Made by a program: the position numbers and the translations under genes. The notes beneath the pieces are model-generated. The model was given only the letters and a program-made list of their open reading frames with translations. It ran no database searches and was not told where the DNA came from. From Schizochytrium sp. TIO01 (Eukaryota; Protista; Bigyra: Labyrinthulomycetes), in contig SMSO01000014.1 of NCBI GenBank assembly GCA_004764695.1, forward strand, positions 739,648-803,647: DNA of 64,000 nucleotides, written 5' to 3'. Within the stretch, counting starts at the first letter, position 1; every line of letters starts with the position of its first letter. Positions 11,488 through 23,241 of the stretch are shown one piece after another.

Positions 11488-13419
11488 TTAGTTGAGGTTG
11501 TTGCTCGACTTAAAGGTGAGCGGGAAACTCTTAATGCGCTTTCCGCGCAAGAGCTCCTGGCCCTGGTCCCAGAAGGCCTGAATGTTAGATGAGTGGGTCT
11601 CTGCCGAACGGGACAGCAGATCACCAGGCTTAAGCATAGGGAAGATACCACCGTAGCTCATGGCATAGGTACCTCCAGCGGTACGACGCATGACATGTGT
11701 CGGGGTGAGAAGACGGGGGTCATCAAGACCCATGGCACCAACAATCTCGTAAAAGTTGTGCACAGTCTTCTTGTGAAAGTTCGTGACACGCTCAGCCTTA
11801 GAGGGAACGTGCAGACCAGCCATAAGCTCAGGGTCAGAGGTGGTGATACCGGTAGGGCACTTGTTAGTGTTACACTTGAGGGCTTGGATGCAGCCAAGGG
11901 CAAACATCATGGCACGGGCCGAATTACAGACATCAGCGCCAAGGGCATGGGCACGAACCATTGAAAAACCAGTAATGATTTTACCGGAAGCAATGACCTT
12001 CACGTTGTCACGGACCTCAGCACCCACAAGCATGTTATTCACAAACTGGAGAGCATCAAGGAGCGGGAAACCAAGGTGGTTCGAGAACTCCGAGGGGGCG
12101 GCACCAGTACCACCCTCAGCACCATCGATAGTGATAAAGTCAGGGTACACATCCATCTCACGCATGGCACCAATGATGGCGGCTACTTCAGTAGGCTTTC
12201 CCATGCAGAACTTGAAACCAACAGGCTTACCTCCGGAGAGGTCACGAAGGTGGTCTACAAAGCGAATAAGGCCACGAGCATCTGAGAAGGCACTGTGAGA
12301 GGGAGGTGAGTTACAAGTCTCTCCAACAGCAACACCGCGGGCCTCTGCAATGGCCTCAGTAACCTTAATACCAGGGAGCATACCACCATGGCCAGGCTTG
12401 GCACCCTGAGAAAGCTTAATTTCAATCATCTTCACGGCAGGGTTGGAGGCACGGTCTTGGAACTGCGGAGCATCAAACGTTCCATCCTTTGCACGGCAAC
12501 CAAAGTAACCAGTACCAATGTTCCACACGATATCGCCACCCGGCTGGAGGTGGAAGCGGCTGACACCACCTTCACCAGTGTTGTGGTAAAAGTTACCGTT
12601 CTTGGCAGCTTCGTTCAAGGCAAGGATAGCATTATCACTGAGAGCACCATAACTCATACCGGACACGTTGAGACGAGATGCAGAGTAAGGTTGCTTGCAG
12701 TCGTGGTTACCAATCGTGACACGCTTGTGCTGCTCGGCGACTTCAGTGGGCCAGACAGACTGGTTCACCCACTCGTAACCCTCGAGGTAGACATCGCGAC
12801 GAGTTCCAAAGGGCTGGGTATCAGACATACCCTTGGCACGCTGGTATACAATGCTACGCTGCTCACGGCTAAAAGGCTTGCCTTCGTTGTCATCCTCAAT
12901 AAAGTACTGGCGGATCTCAGGGCGTACGGACTCAAGCAGGTAGCGCATGTGACCGAGCACAGGGAAGTTGCGTCGAATGGTGTGGCTGGGCTGAGCCATA
13001 TCGCGAATTCCGATGGCCCAGTATCCTGCCACGAGACTTGCAACGGTAAAGGTGCCAAGAGATGCACCCCATGTCACGCCCAAGATTCCGGTACCAACAA
13101 TAAGACCAACGCCGGTTTTCTTGAAGAGATCACGCGACCAGTGTTCGATAAAATCAGGGAGACCTGTGGAGGGTTTGCCAAGTTTTTGCTCCCAGCTCGT
13201 GAACATCCACCAGGCCTTGCCACGGCCATCAAAGTTCTCCTCGTCGGCCTTCTTGGACGTCGAGGACATGAGTCTCCGCGTCCCAGGCATAATGAGGTTC
13301 ACAGCCATGGCCCTTGCAGCCATATGGGACGAGGCCGGGACACGGACGCCGGAGGCCGCCAGAAGCAGCGTGCCCGACTGAGCCGCTCCGCGGCTGCGCA
13401 GAGCCGCCACCATCGCCAT
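11488..13419 (-). CDS. Stand-alone FMN-binding glutamate synthase family protein (GltB FMN domain, YerD/COG0069-like) with N-terminal extension
   Basis: Motifs SGMSYGALS, NTGEGG, EIKLSQGAKPGHGG, KPVGFK, DFITIDGAEGGTGAAP and the Fe-S motif GCIQALKCNTNKCPTG. The N-terminal HTIRRNFPVLGHMRYLLESVRPEIRQYF is typical of the single-domain bacterial family. No amidotransferase domain. Confidence 0.93.
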   Translation of the reverse strand: MAMVAALRSRGAAQSGTLLLAASGVRVPASSHMAARAMAVNLIMPGTRRLMSSTSKKADEENFDGRGKAWWMFTSWEQKLGKPSTGLPDFIEHWSRDLFKKTGVGLIVGTGILGVTWGASLGTFTVASLVAGYWAIGIRDMAQPSHTIRRNFPVLGHMRYLLESVRPEIRQYFIEDDNEGKPFSREQRSIVYQRAKGMSDTQPFGTRRDVYLEGYEWVNQSVWPTEVAEQHKRVTIGNHDCKQPYSASRLNVSGMSYGALSDNAILALNEAAKNGNFYHNTGEGGVSRFHLQPGGDIVWNIGTGYFGCRAKDGTFDAPQFQDRASNPAVKMIEIKLSQGAKPGHGGMLPGIKVTEAIAEARGVAVGETCNSPPSHSAFSDARGLIRFVDHLRDLSGGKPVGFKFCMGKPTEVAAIIGAMREMDVYPDFITIDGAEGGTGAAPSEFSNHLGFPLLDALQFVNNMLVGAEVRDNVKVIASGKIITGFSMVRAHALGADVCNSARAMMFALGCIQALKCNTNKCPTGITTSDPELMAGLHVPSKAERVTNFHKKTVHNFYEIVGAMGLDDPRLLTPTHVMRRTAGGTYAMSYGGIFPMLKPGDLLSRSAETHSSNIQAFWDQGQELLRGKRIKSFPLTFKSSNNLN

Positions 13420-13809
13420 CTTTTTCGTATCGCCGAGTCTTCGACTTGCCTAGATACTGGTTTGATGACCTGATTTTCGCATTCAAGAAAAATTCATTCT
13501 TTGAGTTCGTCGATCATTGAATTGATTCCTTCTTATTATTTTAATTACTACAACAATGGTTACTATTCTCCTCCTGTAGTGCTAATTATTTTCATTTACT
13601 TTTTCTTTTATTTATTTCTTTCTTTATTCCTAATAACAATATGCCCTTTCTAAATTATGCACCACTTCAACTCTTCTCCCTCTTTCTTCCAATCGTTTCA
13701 AAACTCATAAACAAAACCATCATTGACATTGACGGCATGATAGGAAAAAGATCTTCTTTCTTCCTTTTCATCCTCTGCACTTACGTACGTGTTTGTTTAC
13801 GTATCCATG

Positions 13810-13854
13810 CATACATACATACATACATACATACATACATACATACATACATAC
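13810..13854 (+). repeat. (CATA)n microsatellite
   Basis: Directly visible. Confidence 0.95.
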
Positions 13855-14117
13855 ACGTGAAAAGGCGCTCTTTGTCACTGTTTATTATCTATCACACATA
13901 TAATATTTGGAGACCTCATTCTTCGCCTTTTCACATTCTCTCTCACAACCAACCTGACAGCAATCGATCGAAGTTCACGCCGAGCCTTTCCCGGCACTCG
14001 CTGCGTACCTGGGCAAAAGGCTAGCTGGCCAGGCAGGCAGGGAAGGGCGGGGCATCCAGCGAGCCTCTAGGATTTGTTTGGCTGCCTCGCAGAAGGTCTT
14101 GGGCGTGGCGTCTTCTC

Positions 14118-14162
14118 TTCTTCTTCGCCTTCTTCTTCTTCGCCTTCTTCTTCTCTAAGCTC

Positions 14163-14211
<49 letters not shown>

Positions 14212-14212
14212 T
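14118..14212 (+). repeat. (TTC)n and (TTTC)n pyrimidine tract
   Basis: Directly visible. Confidence 0.9.
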
Positions 14213-15018
14213 TTTTTGTTTTTTCGCTTTCGTGACCACCTAGGCGCCTGGAGAGCCCTACTGTGGCGGCGCGAATACCCTACTGTAGCGAAATATGTTC
14301 TACTTTGTGAGGGCGCTATAACCTACTTGCGGGCCGCCTGCGCCAAACGGCTCCCGGCAAAGATTTTCGAACGTCCAATATCTTTGGATGGTATCGTTGT
14401 GACAATGTTATCGATCGATGGCGCTTTTCTCTCGGCCGATCTTCGCGTTCTGCTGTGCTGCTGAGCATCAACCAATCAATCAATCAATCGCTTCTTCTTT
14501 CTTCGGTCCTCGCATCTCCAGAAACCTGCTCCAAGCGGCCTTGGCCCCTCAAGTATTTCCTGGAGGAGCGAAGGAATGAGTGCCTTTTCTTGCGTAGCAT
14601 CCATCTTTCGAGCTTTACTTTCATTAATTAGTTTGTTTGACATGTTCGTTTTCATTTTACTTTATTGATGCTACAGATACAAAGTATTATGAGCGTATAT
14701 CTTTTTTGCCTCTTTTGTTGGTTTTTTAGTTAATAAAGCTTTTGTAAAATATTGAAACTTACTATCTCACGAACTATGCTGTAGCACACATGAAACAGAG
14801 CATATAGCTTGAATTAGAACTTGTGAAATAGGAGCCACGTCAGAGCTTCAGGGTCGCCTCAGGTCATCGTTCGGGCGTGGCATTTCCTGTTCTTCCATAG
14901 GCCTAATACTGCGACTTCGCTCTCTTCTCGATATGGTTTCCTCACCTGAAGTATAATCTTGAAGCTAATTGTTATCTTTGTTGTTTTGTTTGTTTACATA
15001 TTTACATATTTACATATT

Positions 15019-15054
<36 letters not shown>

Positions 15055-15860
15055 TGTTCACAGAGGCTCTGTAGCTCCGCCGAGCCTGGATGCTCAGCGC
15101 CTGCTCTGAAGCCTGCCAGGCAGCAGCAGGGCCGCCGCCTCTGAGGCCTCAGCGGGGTCGGCGCAGTCCTGAGGCGGAGCTCAGCGCCGGGAGAGGGTCG
15201 ATTGGCTGAAGAGGAGGCGCTGAAGCGGGGTTCGAGTCGATTGCTCTTCTTTGCAATCGATCTTTTATGTTGTTTGTTTGTTTATTCAACGTTTATAAAA
15301 TTCGTTTCTTCATCTCTTATTTTTTTTTATCTTATCGCGCCTTCTTCTTCTTCTATTTCATTTTCCTCCTTTATTTTTAAAATGTTATCATTTGTATTTC
15401 TTTAATTTTAATTTTTAAAGTAAATGTTTTTTTTGGTTTTTTTTTAAGACATTCTTTGTTTGTTTTCACTTTTTTATGGCTTATGAAAATCAATAAAGTC
15501 ACGACATGAACACTGATTCTTTCTACACGCAAAAAGGCACCACCTTTCATCGCTCTCGATCCCCATTTTCGCTTTCACCACCACCCTGACCATCCCGCAC
15601 GCCCTGCGTATAATAACCCTTCTTCACAGCGTACCCTGCGTCAACCGGCGACACGCTTCAGCCGATGGTTTGGGCGAGAGGTTTGGCAGCTTGAGAGGTT
15701 ACTTATCATCGACAACGTAGGACATGCACGGTGTTCTCATCTCATCCAATCCGCCGTTTCGTTCGTGTCGATTTATTTCTCAATTATCAGGCAAAGCATC
15801 TTCTTCGCTCAGATTCCTCCAAAGCATCGCCGCCTCGAGATCCACAAGTGGGTTTCTTTG

Positions 15861-15918
15861 CAAAGTCCAAAGTCCAAAGTCCAAAGTCCAAAGTCCAAAG
15901 ACCAAAGTCCAAAGACCA
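15861..15918 (+). repeat. 7-mer tandem repeat (CAAAGTC/CAAAGAC), about 8 copies
   Basis: Directly visible. Confidence 0.95.
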
Positions 15919-16484
15919 CAGGAAAAGAGCAGATGAAGAAATGGGCTCCAATCACTCAACGAAAAGACCATCGCGAAGTCTTTATTTGCAACCAACAGCT
16001 CTCGAGTGAATCTTTCATTCGTTCCCTCCTCGAGTTTTATCGTCCTCCGCGTCTCCGGTCACTCACTCAATCACTGCAGACATGCCAAGAACCAGCCAGT
16101 GGCTGCGCAGCAGTTTCGATGCGTTGCGTGGCGATTTGTGTGAGTCGCAGGAGATTGATCTGATCATCATCAAGCGACCTTGATTTGCAATTTGGTCCAT
16201 CGACGATTCGTTCACTTCGATGGATCCATTCACTGCACATTGTGTGCTTCCGAAGGCAATCGAAGAAACAAAATCGTCCTCACAAGGGCACCTCTGTGTC
16301 TGCGTGCAATAAATGGCACAAGGGAACAAACAAAACAGCCCACGCAGAACACGATTGGCTGCAGCCGATTGAAGCCGCCTCCTTCCGCTCCAGCAGGCGC
16401 CTGCGATTCGCAGCAGCGCTGTAGCCAGCCAGCGAGCCGCTCGTGGCCTTCTTGAACGCAAGCAAGTACGTCTTCACTCCACTC

Positions 16485-16596
16485 CACTCCACTCCCTCCA
16501 CTCCTTTCCTTTCCTGTTCTTCATTTCCATTTCCATTTCTATTTCCATTTCCATTTCCATTTCCATTTCCATTTCCATTTCCATTTTCATTTCATT
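16485..16596 (+). repeat. (CACTC)n and (CATTTC)n microsatellite cluster
   Basis: Directly visible. Confidence 0.9.
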
Positions 16597-19506
16597 CTGG
16601 CGATAAGTGAGAAGTCCATCAATCAACACAACAACTCAACTCTAAACTTCTGTGGTGAAGAATGAGAGGAGTGAGCGAGTGAGTGAGTGAGAGAGTGCAC
16701 GTTCAAAGCAGGCCAATTAAAGAAAGCAAAGCTTGGCTGCGATTCGCGAGGGCGCCGCCTCGTTGTCCTTTGGAGTTCATTGTGGAGGCCTTAAGCTCTC
16801 GCTTGTTTCAGGGTTCTTGGCCAAAGAAGGGAGTGTGACTGCAATGAATGAATGAATGAATGAAAGAGATCAATCAGGTGATGAAGCTGGCTGCTGGAAC
16901 GAACTGGTGATGATGGCGGCGATGAGGATGATGGTGATGTCGGAAGACTGCTGGATCTGACGAAGGATGACGTACGCGACGTCATGGACCATCAATCTTG
17001 AAGTTGACGGGAATCATCACAATATTCAGAAGGAAGCAAGCCACCTTTGCATTGGAATTCTGGCTCGTGCCAGAATTTGCTCGTTGCGGCAACAAGTTGG
17101 TGAGCTCGAGAAGTCCATTTCTTGACAGTGGAGGGCCTGTAGAGGGTCTGCAAAGCTAGCTACTGATCGATCTTCTTGGACCATGAAGGGACCAAGGAGT
17201 CGGAAATAACAGGAATGGGCGCAGTGCAAAACTTGGGCCCGAAGCTGCTACAATTCATACTTGCTTCAACCCTTGGATGCTCTAATTGCTTCTCTCGACT
17301 TTTGAGCTCCCTTCAAAACGATGTGAAGCAGGAGGGAAGAAGACGAAGCTCGGGTACAATGTCTTTGGCAGAGCTGCTCTGGTTCAGGCCAGGAAAATAT
17401 ATCACAAAGCGCTTAATTTGGCTTCACGAGATACTTGGCATTCCTCCACTTATGTTGGTACAATGAATGCTTTTGGTTGCTGATTGATTGCATCAACAAC
17501 TAATGCGAGGCGGCTCGAGAGAAATCCGGCCCGCTGCATGACTTGGAAAATGCTACCACAACACCGCCACGAGGGAGTTGCCGAAGTTGCTCCAGTCTCG
17601 ACGTCACTGGAGGCCGCAGCGACTGGCTGCTGGCACTCCGATATCAAGGCTGCATTCCCTGCCTTTATGCGAACATTGACGAAGGCAACCTGCACAGCTT
17701 GTGAGAAATGAGAAACCATGGCTGTTGTCGAGGTCTTGAACAGAGCTTTTGGTTGGTTTCCTCAATCTTGCAATTTCATACACGTATATATATATATATT
17801 TATATACACACGCGTACTTACTTGTACAATTGATTGCATCAGCAGCAAGCTTGGCATTTGTTCACTTCGTCAGCTCCTGATAGGTGAAGCACATGCAGAG
17901 CACATCAAGAGGATTCAGAACCTATCCAGGCCACGCAAAAGCCATTGTCCTCCCTCCACTGGTAGTGGTTTATTTTTAACAGATTGCACAACCTCAGGAT
18001 AGAAAAGAGCATAAAGCATATCAAATAACTTATCCGATTGACAGCTTGCTCTGCTTGTTATTTTATCGCATTCTAAGCCAGCACAAGATAAGATCCACAA
18101 GAATATGCAGCTACTTCGTGTTCGCTCGAGGCGACTCCCGAGACAAGAAATAGGAACGATGGCCCAGAAAATGTTCCTGGTCTCGGGCTTCAAGTTGCGG
18201 TGCTCCAGTCATTCGTTTATTTTCCCATTTCGAATAGTTTGTTTAACAGTTATTTTTTTCTTTACTTCTATATTTGCAACTTGTTGTTTTTCTATTTTAA
18301 AAATTGTTTCACTATGTTGTTCCTTATCCTTTTTTTCCTGTCAAACTAATAGGCTCCCTTCTACATTACTCAAATTCTGGATACCTAGGTTGGTAGGTAC
18401 TCGGTGACCAGAGGTGCGAAGCATCATCTTGAAAATTATACGGAATATATCCTAGATACCTACCTACCCACTCTCGTTTCGTGCGATGGGCTCAGCCAAA
18501 GAAGTAATGGTCTTGTGACTGATGAACTAGAATTATCTGATAACAATCATTCGTAAATGTTTCAATCTTTTTCTTTTCTTTTCTCTAATTAAATCATATT
18601 TTAAAGATTTATATTACCTTCTTTTAGTTTTAAGAATTGATTATGTGTGGGCCTTTATTTATTTTAATTTTAAACTATAAGTAGCCGCTACAATTTCTTC
18701 CATCGTTCTGAGTCCAGCACAAGAAGAAGAGCGTCAAGGTCCTTTCATGCGAGGCTGAATATGAACAGCCTGTGAGAGACAACAAGGAACAATTATACGT
18801 GACTCAGAAGTGAGCGTGGTACATACTGTATTTCGCTCAAGGCAACATCACACAGGGCAAGATATAAAGGAGGGTTTTATTAAAGTTGTTTAGCAAGGAA
18901 ACACCAAGTAGGACTCCGACAAAAAAGATTGGAGCTTTACACATTCGTTCGTATTACTGAATTTTAGTTTTGCAAAAAGCATTTTGAGAGAACTTGACCC
19001 AAATTATGAAAGAGGAGAGCTTCATGGAGCACTTTCTTTATCAGTGTATAGTATGATCTCAGGAACCATCAGAAATATCTCCGTGGGCTAGGAGGCTAGA
19101 TTACTTGAATGTTATGTAGTTTGACTGTTCCCAAGCTTAATGAGATCCAACAGAATAGTCAAACCAGGGAATGTTTTCCGTTGACTCGAGTTGTAGCCAA
19201 AGTAAAATAAAAATTAGGGATAACACTGGATGAGTGAGATATTCTCTTTTGGCTTTCTAATGTCTTCTGCAGCCCCCAAAAAATGCAAAAGCCGCCAACG
19301 CATAGATAAACCTGCTAGGTTAAATTATGAAGAACTTGAGAATGCATATCTCGCACGCGTAAATATTGACCAAATTCTAAGCCACGAACTACATGGAACG
19401 GGATACATTGTTGGGAGGACAAATCTGAGATTTACCCCAATTATAAGCATATTCATAGTTGTAAAACTTAATTTTCTCATGTTTATGAATTTGTCTTTTT
19501 CTTTTT

Positions 19507-19632
19507 TTAAGAGGAAGGGGGCGAGGAGAACCAACCGAATCCGATGGCGCTCTCAAGTCCTGGAGGCACCATTGGACGGCGGTTCACATCTTGCGCCGGT
19601 GGGACGCCATGTCCGCGCTGTTGTTGTTGTTG

Positions 19633-19669
<37 letters not shown>

Positions 19670-22600
19670 GATTGGGAGGCAGCAGCGCGTTGATGGATTG
19701 GCATGTGCCGGCCATGCGCATTTTGTTGTTGAGAGCGTTGAGATGACGGTTGAACATGCTGTTGGTCAGCATGCCCAAGCGCATGCGCAGAGCTGGGACG
19801 CTGAGGCGCAGACACCGGTACATGTTGCGGCGACATGCTGCCATGGGGAGTAAATCCAATTGGAGACATTGAGCGAGGTTGCACACGCACAGGCTGGTCT
19901 AGCACACGAGCAATTGCAAAAAAGACGGACCCACGCAACTGCATGAGCAAAGGTGCAGTAGGATTTCTACAAGATTCGATGGCTCGGTCCAGTTGCTCCG
20001 AAGTGATGGGTCCTAATTTAGCGAGACTATACAAAACATCATCGTTCATCACGTAATCCACAGACTCGTCACGAATACGAGCAACCAGATCGCGCCAGTG
20101 TGCTAAGGCAGTAAAAACACCACGCTGCACGACTGAAAACTGCTGGGTGTCATCATGTGCACGTTGAAGTTCGACAAGCTTGGCATTGATTGATTCTTGG
20201 GTGATGCTACGCTTCTGGTATGACTGCAAAGCAATGCTGCAACTCTGATTAAACACCTTTCGCAGTAAATCTTCGCCACCATGGTACCACAAGTAGTGAT
20301 AGATATCGAGCAAGTAATGAGAGAATTGTTGTGCATACTTAAGCTGCTCGAAGGAAAGTGGCCGCAAACGCCAGTCTGCTCCAGTTTCATTTGTGTTCAA
20401 TTCAACTTGCAGAAAGTGCTTCAGCATGCTCGCAAATGAATCGTTCTTCAGATCCATCTCAGCTGCCGCAATACGTAGATCAATCATATTCACAATGTAA
20501 ATGTTGAAGTCTCGCTGAAGCCAGCGTACAGCGCCTTCTGCGCCGTAAAGAACTTTGACGATTGAAGGATTTGCAAAGAATGGAGCAAGGACGTGGATGC
20601 TGCGACGCAAAGCAAGTGCATCAATCACAAAGTCACCGTTGTACGTAGAAATTTGAATAAGGCACAGAAAGCCTTGGTATGAGCGAAAGGAGTGGTTCTG
20701 AACTGAAACACCCACTTCTTTCAATCCGCTTGTGTCGAGCAGTCGAGCCAATTCTTCCAACTGGTACTCTTGCTCTACAAACTGGAATGGGAACTGAGGC
20801 AGGTTATGAGGGTTGCGAAATTTTTGTGGAGTCTTGAACGGGAGAGAGTTTGCGAAACGCAGGCGATTAATCTCATCGGTGTAAGGTGATGTCCAAGGTT
20901 CGCTCAAAAGCTTATCGCTGTTCAAAGGAGTAACCCCATGAGGTTTGAACTGAAGGCTTGGAATAAAAGGAGTCGTCGTATTGTCAACCTCAAATTTACG
21001 CTGCGGCCGAACCTTATCGTCATACGGCAGAGACTGAACGCTGCTTTCGTCCAAGTCATATGCTTCTTTCCATACGGAATCCGCTGAAAAGGATTCCAAA
21101 GCAGTGCTAACGAGGTCATCAACGTAAGCGTTAACCGTTTTGCTGGAGTTTTTCGCTCGGTTAGAAGAAGAAGCGGAATCACGTCGGCGGGAGTCATTGG
21201 TGTTCGCAGAAGCAGCTGTGCGCGCTGGCGGGTGGGACTGATGAGTTTGAGCACGAACAAGAGCAACACGAGCCTCGCGTAACTTCGCCTCCTGCGCTGA
21301 AACATCGCGCTGCAGCTCTGCGACTCTTCTCTTCAGGTTATCTCGATCACCTCGAACTGACTCGAGTTCACGACGTAAGTCACGTGTTTCTCTTTGCGCA
21401 CGATCGGCTTTGTCCTGAAGAAGTTGATTTGACTTGCGCATTGTTGTAATTTCGCGCTTGCTCGCGTCACAACTACGACGCTCCTTGTCAAGATCTGCTC
21501 GAGCCCGGTTGAGCTGTTCGCGAAGAGCAGCATGTGCCTCACGAGACACAGTGCCATTGTTCCGGGCGTCATCAGCTCCAGAAATGGCTCTGCCAAACAG
21601 AGAAGCCCTCTGATTAAGAGCTTCACGACTGGGGTCCCCAGGAGCAGCAGCGGTGGCAACAGTCGAAGGTCCCGTAATTACGGAAGATACGCCGCCACCA
21701 GAACTTGAGCTTCCCCCTACAGGAATGCTCGAGCTGAACGCGCGAGCTCCAGCAGGAGCCGCAGATGTAGAACGCCAGTTGCGCTCGGTAGCACCACTGC
21801 TTGTCTTCGCTGAAGTTACATTCGATAATGATGCTGAGGAAGAAGTCACCGGTGCTGAAGAGTTTGTTTCAGAGTTTGATGACATTGCGGCTGCCGCCAC
21901 CGATGCTGCACTATTAATATTTGCAGCAGCGGCACTTGAAGAGGGTCCAGTCTTCGTGGCTTTCGGCGCAGCGGTGTTCGCAGACACAATTTGTGTTTGC
22001 GTCTGTGACTTGGGCGCCTGTTGCTGCTGTTGAGTTTGAGCAGGTTTCGCAGAGGTCGTGGCTGCAGAATTCGTTGCTATTTTACGTGCAGCGCGAAGCT
22101 TCCATTGCTCTTGTTGCTGTTGCTGCCTTTGGATCTCCAATTGTGCTCGTTCTGCTGCAGCTGCTGCACTCGCTGCCGTCAGAGCCCCTGGCTTCATATC
22201 ATGCCGACTTCCCCCGCTGTTTGCCTTCGTTTTGCTGACTCCGTTGGCATCAGCTTCTGAATTAGTTGCCCCAACTCCATCGACATTTGCAGAACCTGCG
22301 ATATCCAAAGGACGTGTTGAGGGGCTTCCGAAGAGCCTCTCGGACTTCAAGTCCGGGGCTTCCATGACTTTGCTGTGCTCAGGGGTTGCTTCAGAAGTCT
22401 CAAGATGTTGCGGTTTTGATGCCGCTGCAGCTGCCGCTGCTGCTGCTGCTGCAAGTGACGCCTTGTGCTGGGCAGCTTTCGAGGCGTTAGTCATAGACGG
22501 TGGCAAAGCCGCATTCTTCGCTGCAAGAGCAGCTGCAGCAGCTGCTGCTGAGATTGATGCTGCCTGAACAGCAGGTCCATTGTTGTTTCCGTAGCCGCTG

Positions 22601-23241
22601 GAACCCCCGTAGCCGCCACGACCTCCTCGTGAGCTGTGAGATCCCTTGGGACCAGTACGTTCCCGCGAATCCCAGTGCGTTCTTGGATGGTCTCCTCCAC
22701 GTCGACCTCCTCGAGAACCTTGACGCGATCCAGAGGACCGAACGCTTGCTTGATCGCCGCTGCTCGTTGCGGCTCCTGAAGAAGCTGCTGTACTGCCTGC
22801 AGATGTCGAGGCAATGCTAGAACTTGAGAGTCCATGTCCGAGTGCCTCTGTGCTAAGGTTCGGAGCAGTCTTGTTTCCAGGGTTTGCAAACAATCCTCGG
22901 GACTGGTTGCTTGACGAGGTTGCGGACCCTAAGTTGCTGCTTCCACTATGACGCAGCATAGAAGCGGGAACATCTCCAGGTCGGGGCATAATGCTGCCGT
23001 CACTGGACACAATACGAGCAGACTGCAGCACTTGGCTCGTATCAATAGGAGCCCAAGGGGACTTACGCTCCGTATTTTCAGGCTCTGCTTGGTGAATAAT
23101 GACACCGGAAGTACTCAGAGTAACCATGCCAGTCATCGGAGCATTGTTTCCGGATGAGTTGGACCTTGAACCACTAATGTTGCCAGCCCTTGATGAAGAC
23201 GAACTGGCGTTCTTGCCTCCGCTACCCAGGCCCCGATTCAT
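19507..23241 (-). CDS. Rrp6/EXOSC10-like protein (DEDDy exonuclease fold + HRDC), predicted catalytically inactive, with long low-complexity/coiled-coil N-terminus
   Basis: Rrp6 signatures RPQRKFEVDNTTTPFIPSLQFKPH, SPYTDEI, HSFRSYQGFLCLIQIST...DFVIDALALR, FANPSIVKV.YGA...WLQRDFNIYIVNMID, ADWRLRPL; HRDC LAHWRDLVARIRDESVDYVMND. Single 1244-aa ORF. Confidence 0.92.

Noticed and set aside
12388-13473. 361-aa plus-strand ORF and other long antisense ORFs over the glutamate synthase, Rrp6, subtilisin and mitoferrin genes
   Set aside because: Antisense shadows of codon-biased real genes, with no motifs of their own
15861-15918. Short tandem repeats as a CRISPR or telomeric array
   Set aside because: No spacers, no cas genes, eukaryotic context; simple 7-mer microsatellite
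17286-17483. LNLASRDTWHSSTY faintly resembles the hAT transposase TRWxSTY motif
   Set aside because: The motif is imperfect, and no other hAT motifs, TIRs or TSDs were found
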